A DNA stretch of 63,629 nucleotides, filler included, from Olpidium bornovanus S191 (GCA_017911155.1; 31 parts of 31 records of this genome joined end to end with filler, not necessarily neighbours in it), one strand, 5' to 3'. Shown: positions 47,101-59,322, counted from the first letter of the whole stretch. Program-made: numbers and translations. Notes: a model not told the origin generated them from the sequence alone.

Positions 47101-49078
47101 GGAATTCGTCCACATGCAGTTCCAAAACGCCAAGCACTCGTATTATTTTTTTTTTTTTGGCTGCGGTCGGACTTGGTGACCCGAAATGAGACAGGCTTTT
47201 TGACTCCTGCGCCTCGACGCCTTGTCCGCGTCTAGTGGTATCTAAAAACGCTCATGGAATGCCAGAACCAGGTCCGTCAACGGAAACTGAGCAGCTTGTA
47301 ATCCCGAGCGTCGCGAAAGCTATTAGAAAGCTTTGAAACGTTTAATTCTGTATGCTGCAAAATACGAGCGCGCGTGGCCGCGTGATGTACCTCTTGAAAT
47401 GATCTGTATAGGGACGAACTGCAGTCCTCGTCGCATCTAATTATATCTGACATCGCTGTTGATATTTTACGTCTATTGATATTTTGATGTCCGTGCCGCG
47501 CAAGTCAACCGAGCCGGACTGCATCGTCAGTGATGCTCGTGATATCAACGCCAACGCTGGTGATGTCTTGTTTCTCCCCATCGTTGACCTCAACGGTGAT
47601 GTCATACAGCGATCTTTGCGAAGTCCCGGGCACTCGTGATGTGCATCGCTGGATGCTCAAACGGTTCTCCACTCTTTGTTTTGATGGTGCGTCACATCCC
47701 GGAAACGACTGATGGATAAAGAGTGGTGGCTTTGCAATGCAGGTTGCCGCTCTGGCAACAGCTGCGTTATAGGCTCGGAAACCGCCCCAGTAGCCTGCGC
47801 CCGGGGGGATGGCATTAGGCTTTACCATGGGCGGGTAAATGCTAACGCTTCCCACGGAAGGTGTCCTCCCAATGAAGTGCGTTGCTCCCCGGGGAAGACA
47901 TCAAAATTGGCGGCGCCGACATGCTACCTGTCCTTATTTGGTGCAAACAGCGCCGGCCGCACGGCGGTTGGCCGTCAAAGGTCGCCATAGTCGTGGTCTC
48001 AGAGCCCATCTTGCCGCTTTCGTATGTACCGGCGCGGGCGCGGCCACGCACTCGCTCTTTGCTGCGTGCACTCAGAACTTTTCGCATTCTCCCGCGGCGG
48101 TGTGACATATCACCGCCACAGCCGCGGGCGCCAGCCATGGGCCCCGTGAGCTTCAGTGCCCGCGTGCGCTCCCGCGTCACCCGCGTCATGGCGGCTGTCA
48201 CAGGATTGAAAAAATAAAACCAAAAAAAAGCGGAGAAGGCAACGGCCGTTGTATAACTGAGCTGCGCACGGGCAGGGAGAGGTGATGCGCAAGCGGCCGG
48301 CTGTGGTCCCAGGAAAAATCGTTCGATTTCTCACGACTTTGTTGTCGGGCGGTCGTCGTGTTAGACTCTGCTGGAGGTTGGGTTCGCAGCATCCCCCCGA
48401 GAGTTATGAACGTCTTTGACTCCCTGCCGGGTGGCGAAAGCAGCACCCGCTGCGTGCCGCCCTGTGCCAGGGAATTGAATGATGGAGGATGCAGCCGCGG
48501 CTCGTTGGCAGCTTGCACCCGCTGCCGTGCTTTGAAACGCGGTCCCTGCCTTTGATACGCCCAAAAAGGTCTTCGAGTACAGGTGCGTTCGTTTGTCTTC
48601 CGCGGGAAAATGTCAGCTTCTGCAAATTCATCTTGTTGCGTTCCTGCAGTTGCTGCCTATTCATGTGGCCCTCGCAGATCAAGCCAACGTTATAGTACAA
48701 ACCCAACGTCGCCGCGGTACAGTGATGGAAAACAATGAGTGGAAATATCCAGCAACGACCAGAGTCAACATCCTAAGGTCCCNNNNNNNNNNNNNNNNNN
48801 NNNNNNNNNNNNNNNNNNNNNNNNNNTTAATTAATTAANNNNNNNNNNNNNNNNNNNNNNNNNNNNNNNNNNNNNNNNNNNNACTTCTTTGCGGCACCGC
48901 TTTCCCTTGCCGTGTTTTTATCGGCCGCAAAATCAGGTTCGGATTAGGGCATTAAAAAGCGGGGTCGTCCAAGCGGCAGATCGCCGCTACAAAAGTGCAA
49001 TGACAACTTGAGGTGTGTTGCGTTCGCAATAATCCGAAACCTTGCCGAGAGTTGTACGACCTACGTCGTCAGTTCTCT

Positions 49079-49533
49079 TGTTCACCCGGGTGGAGGAACC
49101 GGAACTAAGGCAGGGACTCTCATCGGGACACATCCCGGGCGCCCCGTCTGCGCCATACGGTACCGTCCTCCTGAACCCGGAATCGGCGGACGGCGCGAAG
49201 TTTCGGGTCCCGCGAGACATCGAGCGCGTGTTCAAGAAAAGCGGGGTTGACATGAGCAAGCCGGAGATCACGTCTTGCGGTGAGCGTCGTTGTCGCACCA
49301 TTTTTTTCAAGGCGGCTGCGCTGACGTCGGCTCTGTCCTTTGTGCCGGGCACATTGATATTTTCTTTTTTCTTTTTTTTTTTTTCGGGGACGCCCTAGGC
49401 TCCGGCATCACCGCATCTGTCTTGTTATGTGGCGCTTGAGCTCGCGGGGGCCAAGGGCCCTTGTTTCCGGTTTTACGACGGGTCGTGGACAGAGGATGCC
49501 GGAATGCCGGGAAGCGCTATCGCTAAGACGTGA
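49079..49533 (+). pseudogene. TUM1: 3-mercaptopyruvate/thiosulfate sulfurtransferase (MPST/TUM1), 3' part with a frameshift
   Basis: EPELRQGLSSGHIPG...FKKSGVDMSKPEITSCG|SGITASVL, then a +1 shift to YVALELAG...FYDGSWTE. The unshifted frame stops at 49437. Could be an assembly error. Confidence 0.65.
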
Positions 49534-50497
49534 AAGTGGCCAGCCGGGCAAGTGAAGGCTTGTTTTGTTTTCCAGAACGGCACGGACAGCCGCTTCTAAG
49601 CAAATAAAAAAGAGTCGTGCTTTTCAGAGTGGTACGTTTTCCGTTTGTCGCGTCTGGAGTATAGTGGCGTCCCGGAATTTCGCTGTGGTCCCCGGCACCG
49701 AATGATGTCTCGCAAATGCACTGTACACTTTCATTTCTGATATAGTCTGGGCGCTGACGATGTCACTGGATGAGGCGAACTGGGAGGCTTTTAAAGTCGG
49801 TGGGGGGAGGGCGCCGGAGAGGCTGGCGGGTGTTAACGTGACAGGAGAGAGCAGGTGATTGCCGCGCGTCAGGTATAGACGAGGTGTGTGGGGGGGAAGG
49901 TGCGGCTGAGCAAGGACGCGAGGAATCCTCTCCCTTCCCCCCCCCGCCGCCGCACACAGCCTCGTCCTCCCCCGCCCTCGCTGCGCGCGCACTCTCGTGT
50001 TCAACATCCTTTTATTTCACTATCTCTTTTTTTTTCTTCTTCTTCTTCTGAGGCGTGCTCTGGTGCCCAGGGTATGATCCAGAGTGTGATCAGAAGAGAG
50101 GTTCCACGGACGGGCTCGCAAGCCCGGCCCCGAATCGGGAACGTGGTAACGGTGACACGGGGAAGTGTCCGTTCATTCTGGGGGAAGCAGGAGCCGACTG
50201 CTGCTGAGGTGCACCAGCAATAAAAGATTACTGTACTGTACTGCATACTGCGACGGCAAACGAACAATTTTTTTTTGATCTGCTGCATCCCCCTCTCCCA
50301 CCCCCGCCCGCCCGTTTCGTCAGGTGCGAGAAACGTCAAAAAAAAAAAAAAAAAAAAAAAACAAAAAGGGGGGGAAAANNNNNNNNNNNNNNNNNNNNNN
50401 NNNNNNNNNNNNNNNNNNNNNNTTAATTAATTAANNNNNNNNNNNNNNNNNNNNNNNNNNNNNNNNNNNNNNNNNNNNAAAAAAAAAAAACCCCCCC

Positions 50498-50558
<61 letters not shown>

Positions 50559-50657
50559 CCTTTGCAAGCAACGTGAGAGATGGTGAGTTTTTGAGTTTTC
50601 GCTTCTCGAAAGATCCGCGCGTCTCCATCGGCGGGCGAGGAGAGGGAAAAAGGGGGG

Positions 50658-50693
<36 letters not shown>

Positions 50694-50776
50694 CTTTTTT
50701 TTCCCCCGGGCCCTCCCCACCCGCGCTTGCGGCGTCGCGTGCCGTTTGCGCGGTTTTGCTTATTTCCGGACCACAG

Positions 50777-51783
50777 CAAGCGCAATGACCTTCAGCACGC
50801 GAACGAGTACGTTCGGGCCACCGCCCTGCGCTTCCTCTGCAAGCTGAGATAACCCGAGTTATTCGAGCAACTTCACCCGTCAGTGCGCCAGTGTTTGGTA
50901 AAGTGTTTTGCCACCTTCAGAAGCCAGGCAGCGACGCCGAGAATTTTTGGCACGAGCCGGCGCTGGTTTTTTTTTTTATCCGAGGAGAGCGTGCCTTTCC
51001 TCTTCCTTCGTCTTTTTCCTCTGGCACATTCTGATGGCGATTTGTTACCTTTACACCAGGACCATCGCCATTCATACGTCCGCAAAAATGCCGTGTTTGC
51101 TATCTTTTCCATATACAAGTATTTCCAGCACATAGTGCCCGACGCACCAAACGTGATTTATGACTTCCTTGTCAAGGTGTTTGCTGTGACCACGCGCCAC
51201 ATTCAGCTGAACGTTGATAGGAGATTTTGCTAAATCTTGCCGCCGTCATTTACGAAATTAAGGAAGCGGACCAAACATGCAAGAGGAATGCATTTGTCAA
51301 TCTTTGCTCGACGGAGCAGTCGCTTGCGGTTGAGTACTTCTCGTCAGTGTTTCACGAAGTTCCTCAGTTCGATGAACTGTTGCAGTGAACTGTTGTGGAA
51401 TTGATTTTGCAAAGGCGATAGCCCGCACAAGGTATCCGGATAGTGTTGTCGTCGCTGTTGCCATTTGCGACGTTGGCCCCGTATCAACAGCCTGCCGTTC
51501 CTTTTTAGGTGGCAGGCCAAGTACATCAGCTGCATATTTGAACTCCTCAACTTGCCGTCTCCCTCTGTGAAATACGAGACGGCGCCGACGCTCGTTGCGC
51601 TAGTACGTCCCAAGACGGCCGTGACCGGTACGTGCGTCGCAGCGTGGACGGAAATACGCCGCTGTGGCAATGTGCCTGATGACATTTCCCCTCCAACAAA
51701 CTGCCGCCCAAAACTTGCGGAACTGCGGCTTCTTGCTATATCTCGTTGGTCCTTTCGGTACCGGACAACAACGTGAAGCTGAG
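50777..51783 (+). pseudogene. SEC26: Coatomer subunit beta (COPB1/SEC26), intron-retaining disabled copy
   Basis: RNDLQHANEYVRATALRFLCKLR*PEL...VRQCL|[19 protein letters not shown]...PDAP|..TCKRNAF...FDELLQ*TVVELI(frameshift)|AKYISCIFELL...VKYE...|DNNVKL. TAA at 50850, TGA at 51386. Confidence 0.88.
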
Positions 51784-52100
51784 CTGCACGAGAAATACGC
51801 GTCAGACCGTATCTGACTTCGTATCCTACTTGTTTCTAGATTATATCTCCTGTATTGTATCTGACCGTATCCTACTTGTTTTTAGATTATATGGGAGGAA
51901 TACCAGCCGAAAACCACGCATAAGGAAGCAGCCGAGAATGGATCTAGCTTCTCCACCGGATTTTGGAAGCTGCAAAAAATGGCGCCTAAAAGCTCCCATG
52001 NNNNNNNNNNNNNNNNNNNNNNNNNNNNNNNNNNNNNNNNNNNNTTAATTAATTAANNNNNNNNNNNNNNNNNNNNNNNNNNNNNNNNNNNNNNNNNNNN

Positions 52101-52594
52101 CATGACCCACGAAGAACGCAGCGGAATGGCGTGCACCTTGTTTGTCGTATACGCGTCCCACACGATGAGCTTGCCATCCTGCGACGCTGAGACGAGATGA
52201 CGCTTGTCCGACGCCCAGTGCATCGCGTAGATCTTGGCAAGGTGGCCTTTCAGCGTCCGCCGGACCTTCATCACGATGCGCGGCAGGGCTTCCAGCTCCG
52301 CAGAAACGGATTTGACTGCGCAGGAGTTTCAATGGTCATCCGCGACACTCGAAATCTTGGAAAAAAAAACGAAGATCGCATTGACGCGGAACGGCAAGCC
52401 TGGCCACGGAGACGCCGCATATTCGGGGCTAATGGTACCGCAAGACGCTCCATCCATCCGTTGTGAGGTTGGATAGCGAGACGCCAACACCTACGGGTTG
52501 TATCCGCTAGTGAGTCCTTCTTGACTTTTATCTTCTCTTTGAGAGCGTCAGCCTCCTTGCGGGCCGCCGCTATTCTTTCCGGAATGTCACTCAT
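52101..52594 (-). CDS. GNB1: Heterotrimeric G-protein beta subunit, 5' part, 2 exons
   Basis: [33 protein letters not shown]|LKSV...[57 protein letters not shown]. Confidence 0.98.
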
Positions 52595-53334
52595 TGCAGC
52601 GGCTATTGCGGCAGCAAAATTGGTTGTTGAAGGTTCGATAAAGGAAGTCGACCCAAAAACGAACATGGCTAGATAAAGTGCGCGAGCTAATCAAAGCACG
52701 ATTACCCTTCGCATGCTGGCAAGGATAAACCGCCCGTAATTCGTACTTGGTAACCGTGACGAGGCCAAGACATCAGCACGGAGTCCAATACTCGAGAAAA
52801 TTCCGTTCTTGGGAAATAGCTCCCCGCCGCTCACCCCCTCCTGCCGTTTCGGCGCCGTTGCAGGTCTTCAGCCGAACTGCTTGTAGGCCGTATTCTTTCC
52901 TTCTTTTTCTCAACCCGATAGCTGCTCGCGAAAAAATAAGAAACAAACGATCGAAATGAAAGTTGTGATAATGAGCAACAAAAACCAGGCGACTAACACC
53001 GTCCGACGACCTCCGTGGGATGGCATGGGGGCCGTGGTTGGGGGGGTACGCGGTTGAGGGTCCGACGGTGCTTCTCGGAGGCGAGAGTTTTTGAGGACAG
53101 GAGGAGGTATGCGTTATCGTAAGCAGTCTCCGCACCTCTCGTCAACCAACACCAGCGCCCTCCTTTGCTTCCGGGGGTCAGGAGCGGCAACGGCCCTAGG
53201 CAGGAAAACCGACAACACGCTTTGCCAAGGCCGGGGAGGGGGGGCTTCTTTCGCTGCGTGAAAAAATGGCGGCCGTCCAGCCGGTTTTGTGAGTTGGCGG
53301 CTTGAAAGTGGGGGAAAAGGAAGACTGCAGAAGT

Positions 53335-53343
53335 TCACGTGAC
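53335..53343. promoter_or_regulatory. E-box TCACGTGAC upstream of the G-beta gene
   Basis: Same motif class as at 3125, 37408 and 46549; about 740 nt upstream of the ATG. Confidence 0.25.
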
Positions 53344-54110
53344 TTGTCTTGCAGGATTGCCCACTTCCCCCCTCCCTCTACTCCCCCTTGTGCCTGCCGC
53401 AAACGCGTCGCCCCGCCAACGCCCCTGGCCCCTGACCTCACCTGCCGCTCTCCGCGCTCGCGCGCATGCACATGGGCACGTACACACCGGGCCCCGTGCC
53501 CTGCTCTGCATCGCGGTACCGACGGTCCATCACGCGCGAGCTCCTTGTGTGTTGTCCTTTCTCTTTCTGTGAGGCGATCGCGAAAAACCGCGATCCGCGG
53601 CGTGCGCAGGTAAATGTCCTGCCACCGACCATCGCCGTTATCTACCCCCGCATAGCAGCTTGCAGATTGTTGTACTCCGGCGTGACCTGCAAAGAGAGGG
53701 GACCAACAACACAAGGGAAAATGTGATGAGAATGCACGACTTATGGAGCACGGTCCTATAAAAACTACTCTTGCCGGCCAAGTGAAACTAGGGCCGGAGA
53801 CAAGGAAGAGAGTAAGAAAGCAATTTGAAAATTTGGCTAAATCGCCCTTGGGATGAATCAAGGTCCGTTCTGCACTTTCAGCTTGTCCCAGAATTTTGGC
53901 TGTGTTGCACGCGCTAGATCCCTGCGGGTGCACCACTCCATCCCGCGGAAATTGACGTACGAAGCGGGGATAGGATAGATTGACGTCCATCATGCCNNNN
54001 NNNNNNNNNNNNNNNNNNNNNNNNNNNNNNNNNNNNNNNNTTAATTAATTAANNNNNNNNNNNNNNNNNNNNNNNNNNNNNNNNNNNNNNNNNNNNCCGC
54101 GCCCGGGGGG

Positions 54111-54148
<38 letters not shown>

Positions 54149-54149
<1 letters not shown>

Positions 54150-55031
54150 TCGTCGCCTCGATGCGCGATAAGATCCAGAGCCTGAACGAGGAGACATCGA
54201 ACCTACGGTCGCATTCCCAGCATCTGAGCGCACAGGTCGACGACCTGCAGGTCCAGCTGAACGCCGCCGCCGCGCGCAACTGCGAGATGCAGGATCGGGC
54301 GGAGAAATCAGAGAGGGCAATGGTCGCGGCGGAGAGGGACCACGAGTTGATCAGGTGCGGGCAGGGGAACGTCGAGAGACGAGAAATGCCGTTGGGGGGA
54401 ATCTTCCGGGAGAGGAGACATGACAAGTTTGAAAGGAGTTTCTTCCTTTCCGGAGATCTAAAAACGGCACGACCGCCGACCGTCTTGCTGAGATGAGCCT
54501 TTTTTTGTTTTTTTTTTTTTTTTTTGAACGCGTGCACCGCCGTTTTGCGCGGCTTAGAGAGCAGAGCGCGGCTCTCGAAGCAAACGTGAGGCATATCCAG
54601 CAGGAACTTGCGGACGCGCACGATGCGCTGTACAGGGAACGGAAAGCACACCGGAAACACCTGGAGGCGATACGTGTGCGTCTCCTCCGGGTTTCCTTCT
54701 CTCGTCTCCGTTTTTCCTCAGTCGGGCTCACGACTTTGAGATTTTTGCGGCAGGACGCGTCAGAAGAGGAGAAGCGCAAAAGGCATCTCCTCGAGGTGGA
54801 CAGATCGCAGCTTACGGACTTGTACGAGCAGGTAACGACGATATAACCACGTGTTCTGGGGGGAGGACTTCGTACTGCCGTTGATCGATTTTTTTTTGGG
54901 GGGGCGGGGTGGGGTGTGTGTGGTCTCAAGACGAAAGAGAAGGGGAAAAAAGAACTCGCCGCCGCCGAGAAGGAGTTGAAGGCGCTCGACGCAGAGTGCG
55001 AGAAACTTAAGTCGGAGAACCTTTCGCTGAA
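54149..55031 (+). CDS. Coiled-coil protein, internal exons
   Basis: Four GT-AG bounded heptad-rich exons (IVASMRDKIQSLNEETSNLR..., ...ELKALDAECEKLKSENLSL); family not recognised. Confidence 0.65.
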
Positions 55032-55080
55032 GTGGGTTGGTGGGGGCCCCCGCACGGGGTCGGCGTGAGAATTTCTTTTT

Positions 55081-55120
<40 letters not shown>

Positions 55121-55260
55121 CGCNNNNNNNNNNNNNNNNNNNNNNNNNNNNNNNNNNNNNNNNNNNNTTAATTAATTAANNNNNNNNNNNNNNNNNNNNN
55201 NNNNNNNNNNNNNNNNNNNNNNNGCATGCCGAACCTAAGGGGTCGTCCGATCTCCTTCAG

Positions 55261-56042
55261 TTGACGGGAGGCATCACGGCATACGGCCGTTTCCTCGTGC
55301 AGAACCCAGAGGTGTCGTCGCTATACAAGGGAAAAAATTTCACGTAATTATTTAGTGCGCCGACGGCACGTTTGCGGGTTGCCGCACCTGTTCGAGCGAG
55401 ACGTGCTCACTGTTCTCCAAAGATTTGATGACAGACTTGGAGAGCCCGTCACGGATCACGTGTTGACTCAATGCCATTCGTGTCCTCCGAATGGCCACGA
55501 CGGCAAGAGCGCACCGCAACCGTGCGACCGTTACGTGAATTGCGCCAATACCCATTGCGACCTGTTCCTTCTCCAGGTACGGTCCAGCTTTACTCGCGTG
55601 TTTCGATTCGTGTGCCGGCGTTGTCTCTCGGGTGTTCTCGCCGCTGCCACCGTTTTTTAAAAGCCGGAATGTCGCTTCTCTCCCCATTTTCAACTGGGGG
55701 TGGGGATATTTCTCGAACAAGTGCGACACGTGCCAGGAGAAGTACGGCGGCACCTGCGGCAGTGAGGCGTGCCTCGCCGCGCTCGCCGAGGCGCGCAAGC
55801 TGAATCCGCTGGCGGGGACGCGGACGCCGTCGATCGAGACGGTCGACGGGAAGCCTGGAAGCGTCGCGGGACGTCGCTCGGGACGTTATGTCGTTTTCTC
55901 AGCGAAAGGCGTCGTCGAGCAGCCGGGCAGCCGGAGGCGCGCGCCCCCCCCTTCTCGCGCGCTGATGGAGGACGGAAGCTTGAGGGGACGCGGAGCCTTG
56001 GCGCAAGAAGAAGAAAACGGAGAAGTTGTAGCGCACGGCTGA
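55261..56042 (+). CDS. Rhodanese-domain tRNA U34 hydroxylase TrhO/YceA (TSTD2 family), 3' part, 3 exons
   Basis: LTGGITAY...LYKGKNFT|FDDRLGEPVTDHVLTQCHSC...PCDRYVNCANTHCDLFLLQ|CDTCQEKYGGTCGSEAC, the Cys-rich rhodanese C-terminal domain. Confidence 0.85.
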
Positions 56043-56394
56043 TCACATCAAAGAGTGCGGCGTTTTCCGATAGATTGACCACTCCGCCTGTGTGTATGTT
56101 TGCTTGACTGCATATACTTGAGGACGGGCCCGTAGCCTTGTAGTCACGTGTTTCATGCATGTACCCCTAAATCTGCAGTAATCCATCTGTTTAACGCTGT
56201 CATATTGGAACAGAATGTTCAGTGCCGTGTTTGTTTGTTTTTTTTTTTTCATAAAAAAAATGGCGCGCGGGGGGGANNNNNNNNNNNNNNNNNNNNNNNN
56301 NNNNNNNNNNNNNNNNNNNNTTAATTAATTAANNNNNNNNNNNNNNNNNNNNNNNNNNNNNNNNNNNNNNNNNNNNGGGGGGGCGCGGGGGGGT

Positions 56395-56470
<76 letters not shown>

Positions 56471-57554
56471 CGGAAGCCGGCAAACGCAGGAAGGGCGGAT
56501 CTCTTTTCTCCGGGGCCACGGCGGCCGTCGGCCGGCAAGCGGGCGTGCCGGGCGGGTGCGCGCGGAAACGCGTAGCCGCTGTTCCTGTCCCTTTCCCGCC
56601 GCGCCTCTCCCGGCTAGGCCGCTCCTACCGCGTCCCCGCGCCGCGTGCGCCGGGCGCTGTGGAAGAAGGGGGCGCAGCGGGGCAGGAGCGCCGGCGCAGA
56701 CAAGGTAAGCGGGAGGCTGCGCGGCGCGGCAGGCCGCGGGGGACCTGGGCGTGTCCTTTCTTCGGTCGCTCGCGTGGAACCACCGATCGCGCGCGTTTTT
56801 GCCCCCGGTCCGCCGTGCCTTGGGCGCGGGCGGCGGAAAAGGGGGAAAGCCGGTCGTTGCCCTTTTTCCCTCAAATCGGGGGGGAAAAAAAATGAAAATA
56901 AACCAAAATAAAAAAACCGCCTCTGACAAATCTGTCGGCGCGGCACTTTGGCCCCACCGCATCCCCCCCCATTCCCCCATTCCCGCCCGCCGCGCCCGGC
57001 CGCGCTGGTCACTCCCGCGAAAGAGGCGCAGCGGCGAAGTTGCGCGAGGCTTTTTGGCTAAAATCAGGCGAGAACCATGTCGTGTCTCTCTTCATCTGTC
57101 TCTCTCTCTTTTTCTCTCTCTCTTTCTCTTTCTCTCTCTCTCCCTCTTCCCTTCTCTATCCCTATCTCTCTCCCTCTCCCTCTGCGCCCAGAGCGTTTCC
57201 ACCCAAGCGTCCGCGCCCGCTGCGTCGCCCGCAACACGTACGTTTGTTCGCCCAGGCTGAGCTCACCAGAAGGCTCTGCTGAGGAAGACGGCAGGATGGC
57301 TTGGGCGCCCGGACGAGGAGCGCTCGCCGCCCCCGACCAACTCTGGCGAATTCGTTCAGGGGCCGGCTTACTCTTCCCGTCCCCACACAGCAGACAGGGG
57401 ACCACGTTGCACAAGTCACGGAGCATATACCGGGCGAGGGCCCGAGATCCATGANNNNNNNNNNNNNNNNNNNNNNNNNNNNNNNNNNNNNNNNNNNNTT
57501 AATTAATTAANNNNNNNNNNNNNNNNNNNNNNNNNNNNNNNNNNNNNNNNNNNN

Positions 57555-58389
57555 CATGGGGAGCCTGTTTGTTCCCGAGGGAGAAAGGCAGAGAGAGGTA
57601 GCTCTTAAGTTGTGGTACCTTCCCGATAGCAGCAAGGACAACCTTGTCAAGCTCCTTCTGGTCAGCCTTGCGCTCAGGAGAAACCGGCTTCTTCTCCTAG
57701 ACGTCGAACAAGGATACTGCGCATCAGGAACCCAAAGCGGGCAAGAACAACCAAAAGGCCCGTCGACGTAAACAACCAAAAGGCCCATCAACGTACATCC
57801 TTCTTTCCAAAGAACTCGTCCGCCCCCTTCTTCTTCACAACCTTCTCCTTGCGGAAGTACTGGTCATTGTACTTACGCGGGACCTGCGCTCCCCGGGAAA
57901 AGGGGAAATGGACGGATCAAAACGATGAAAGAGCGCGTAATGCAAGAGCCGGCTTTCAGCAACGGGGTTACGCACCTTGAAGCCGCCAAGGTCAACCTTG
58001 GTAGAAGTGGCGATGACGAAAGCCTGGTTAACGCGACGGACGGCGACGCCGTTGACCTTGTACGGCCCTGTGACGAGGAGCAGACCGGACTTCAACTGCT
58101 TCAGGAACACGACCCGCTTGCCGGCATGGTGCCCGGCGAGAATGATAAGCACAGTGCCAGGTGTGATGGAAGCGCGGAGCTTGGTGGGCCGCTGGGTTTT
58201 GCGGCACTTGATGGGCTTGGACACATCCTCGGCCGGGTAGAAGCGCGGGGCTTTTTCCACCGGCTTTTCGACAGCGGGCTTGGCCGCCGCGGCCTTCCTC
58301 TTTTCGGGGTCGAAGGCGCTGCGCTTGCGGTACATGCGCGACCGCGTGAACTTGCGAATGCCCTTCGCGAGCACAGGGTTACGGGCCAT
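57555..58389 (-). CDS. RPL6: 60S ribosomal protein L6 (eL6), 3 exons, last codons missing
   Basis: [17 protein letters not shown]...RFYPAEDV...[59 protein letters not shown]|...|[10 protein letters not shown]...[11 protein letters not shown]. Confidence 0.98.
57746..57795. repeat. 25-bp tandem duplication at the 5' end of an RPL6 intron
   Basis: AACAACCAAAAGGCCCGTCGACGTA / AACAACCAAAAGGCCCATCAACGTA. Confidence 0.9.
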
Positions 58390-59270
58390 CTTGGAGCTGT
58401 CAGACCGCGAACACAAGCGTGGACAGGCCCGACTGCAACGTTAGTCTGATGCAGACGCCAGTGTTGGCAGACCAGTCGCTTTCCCGTCAACTGCCGCGTT
58501 ATCTGCGAGTACGGGCGCGGCCGCGGCGAGCCGGCCACCAAACACCCTCCGGGCGTTTCAGCGACAGAACCCGTCGAAGGCGGGCAAAGGGCGCAGCCGC
58601 CTTCGCCAAGTCGGACCGGCAGCCAATCAACGCGGAGGATTTCCTCCTGGCTGCTCTTCCTCCGGCGCTGTTTCTGCAACTCCGCCGTTAGGTCAGCAGT
58701 CCACTTCCGAGCGGCGGGCACCATGCTGCCAAACAACCCGCCGTAAAACCATTCTGTCGACAGGTGTGGAACACCACGGCGCTCTGCGGGGGCAACACCG
58801 GCGACAGGGCAAACGCCGCAGGGAAACGCGCAGCGGCGTTCCTCGCGCGCCCGGGTCCGGCAAAAAGCCGCTCGCCAAAAAGCGGGGTTGCCCAGGCCGG
58901 ACCGCGGTTCGCAGAGTTCGCTGCGAGCGAGCGGGATGGCGCCGCAGAGGGTCGCGGCGGGAAACGGGAGGCGCGAAGGGCGGCGGCCGCGTAGGAACGG
59001 CGGGAAGGATGGGATGGGATGGGAAGGGGCCCGCGAAGCAGCGCACACTCACATTATCCCGCGTGTTATATTTAACGGCGAGGTTTTTTTTTTTTTTTTT
59101 TCCTTTGGGAACGGGGGTGATTGGGGCGGGGAGTGGGCGGGTGCTGCTGGTGGGCAGGGGCGAAAAACGCTAAGGGGGAAAAAAGGGGTTGGGGCGAAGC
59201 TCGCACTGCTAGAAAATAAACGGAGAAGTGGGGGGCCGAGGGCTGCCTGCTCTGCAGGTGTCACTTCCCG

Positions 59271-59322
<52 letters not shown>

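Noticed and set aside
47505-47855. Minus ORF with YWGGFR (PNPO-like) and YDITVEVNDG (cadherin-like) fragments
   Set aside because: Isolated short matches to unrelated families; no coherent gene model.
29990-51388. Stop-codon reassignment as the cause of in-frame stops
   Set aside because: The stops differ (TAA, TGA, TAG), replace different residues (E, L, C, W and others) and co-occur with frameshifts; intact genes end at TGA normally.
57044-57066. GGCTTTTTGGCTAAAATCAG similar to the U2 snRNA 5' end
   Set aside because: The invariant GTGTAGTA branch-pairing sequence and Sm site do not follow.
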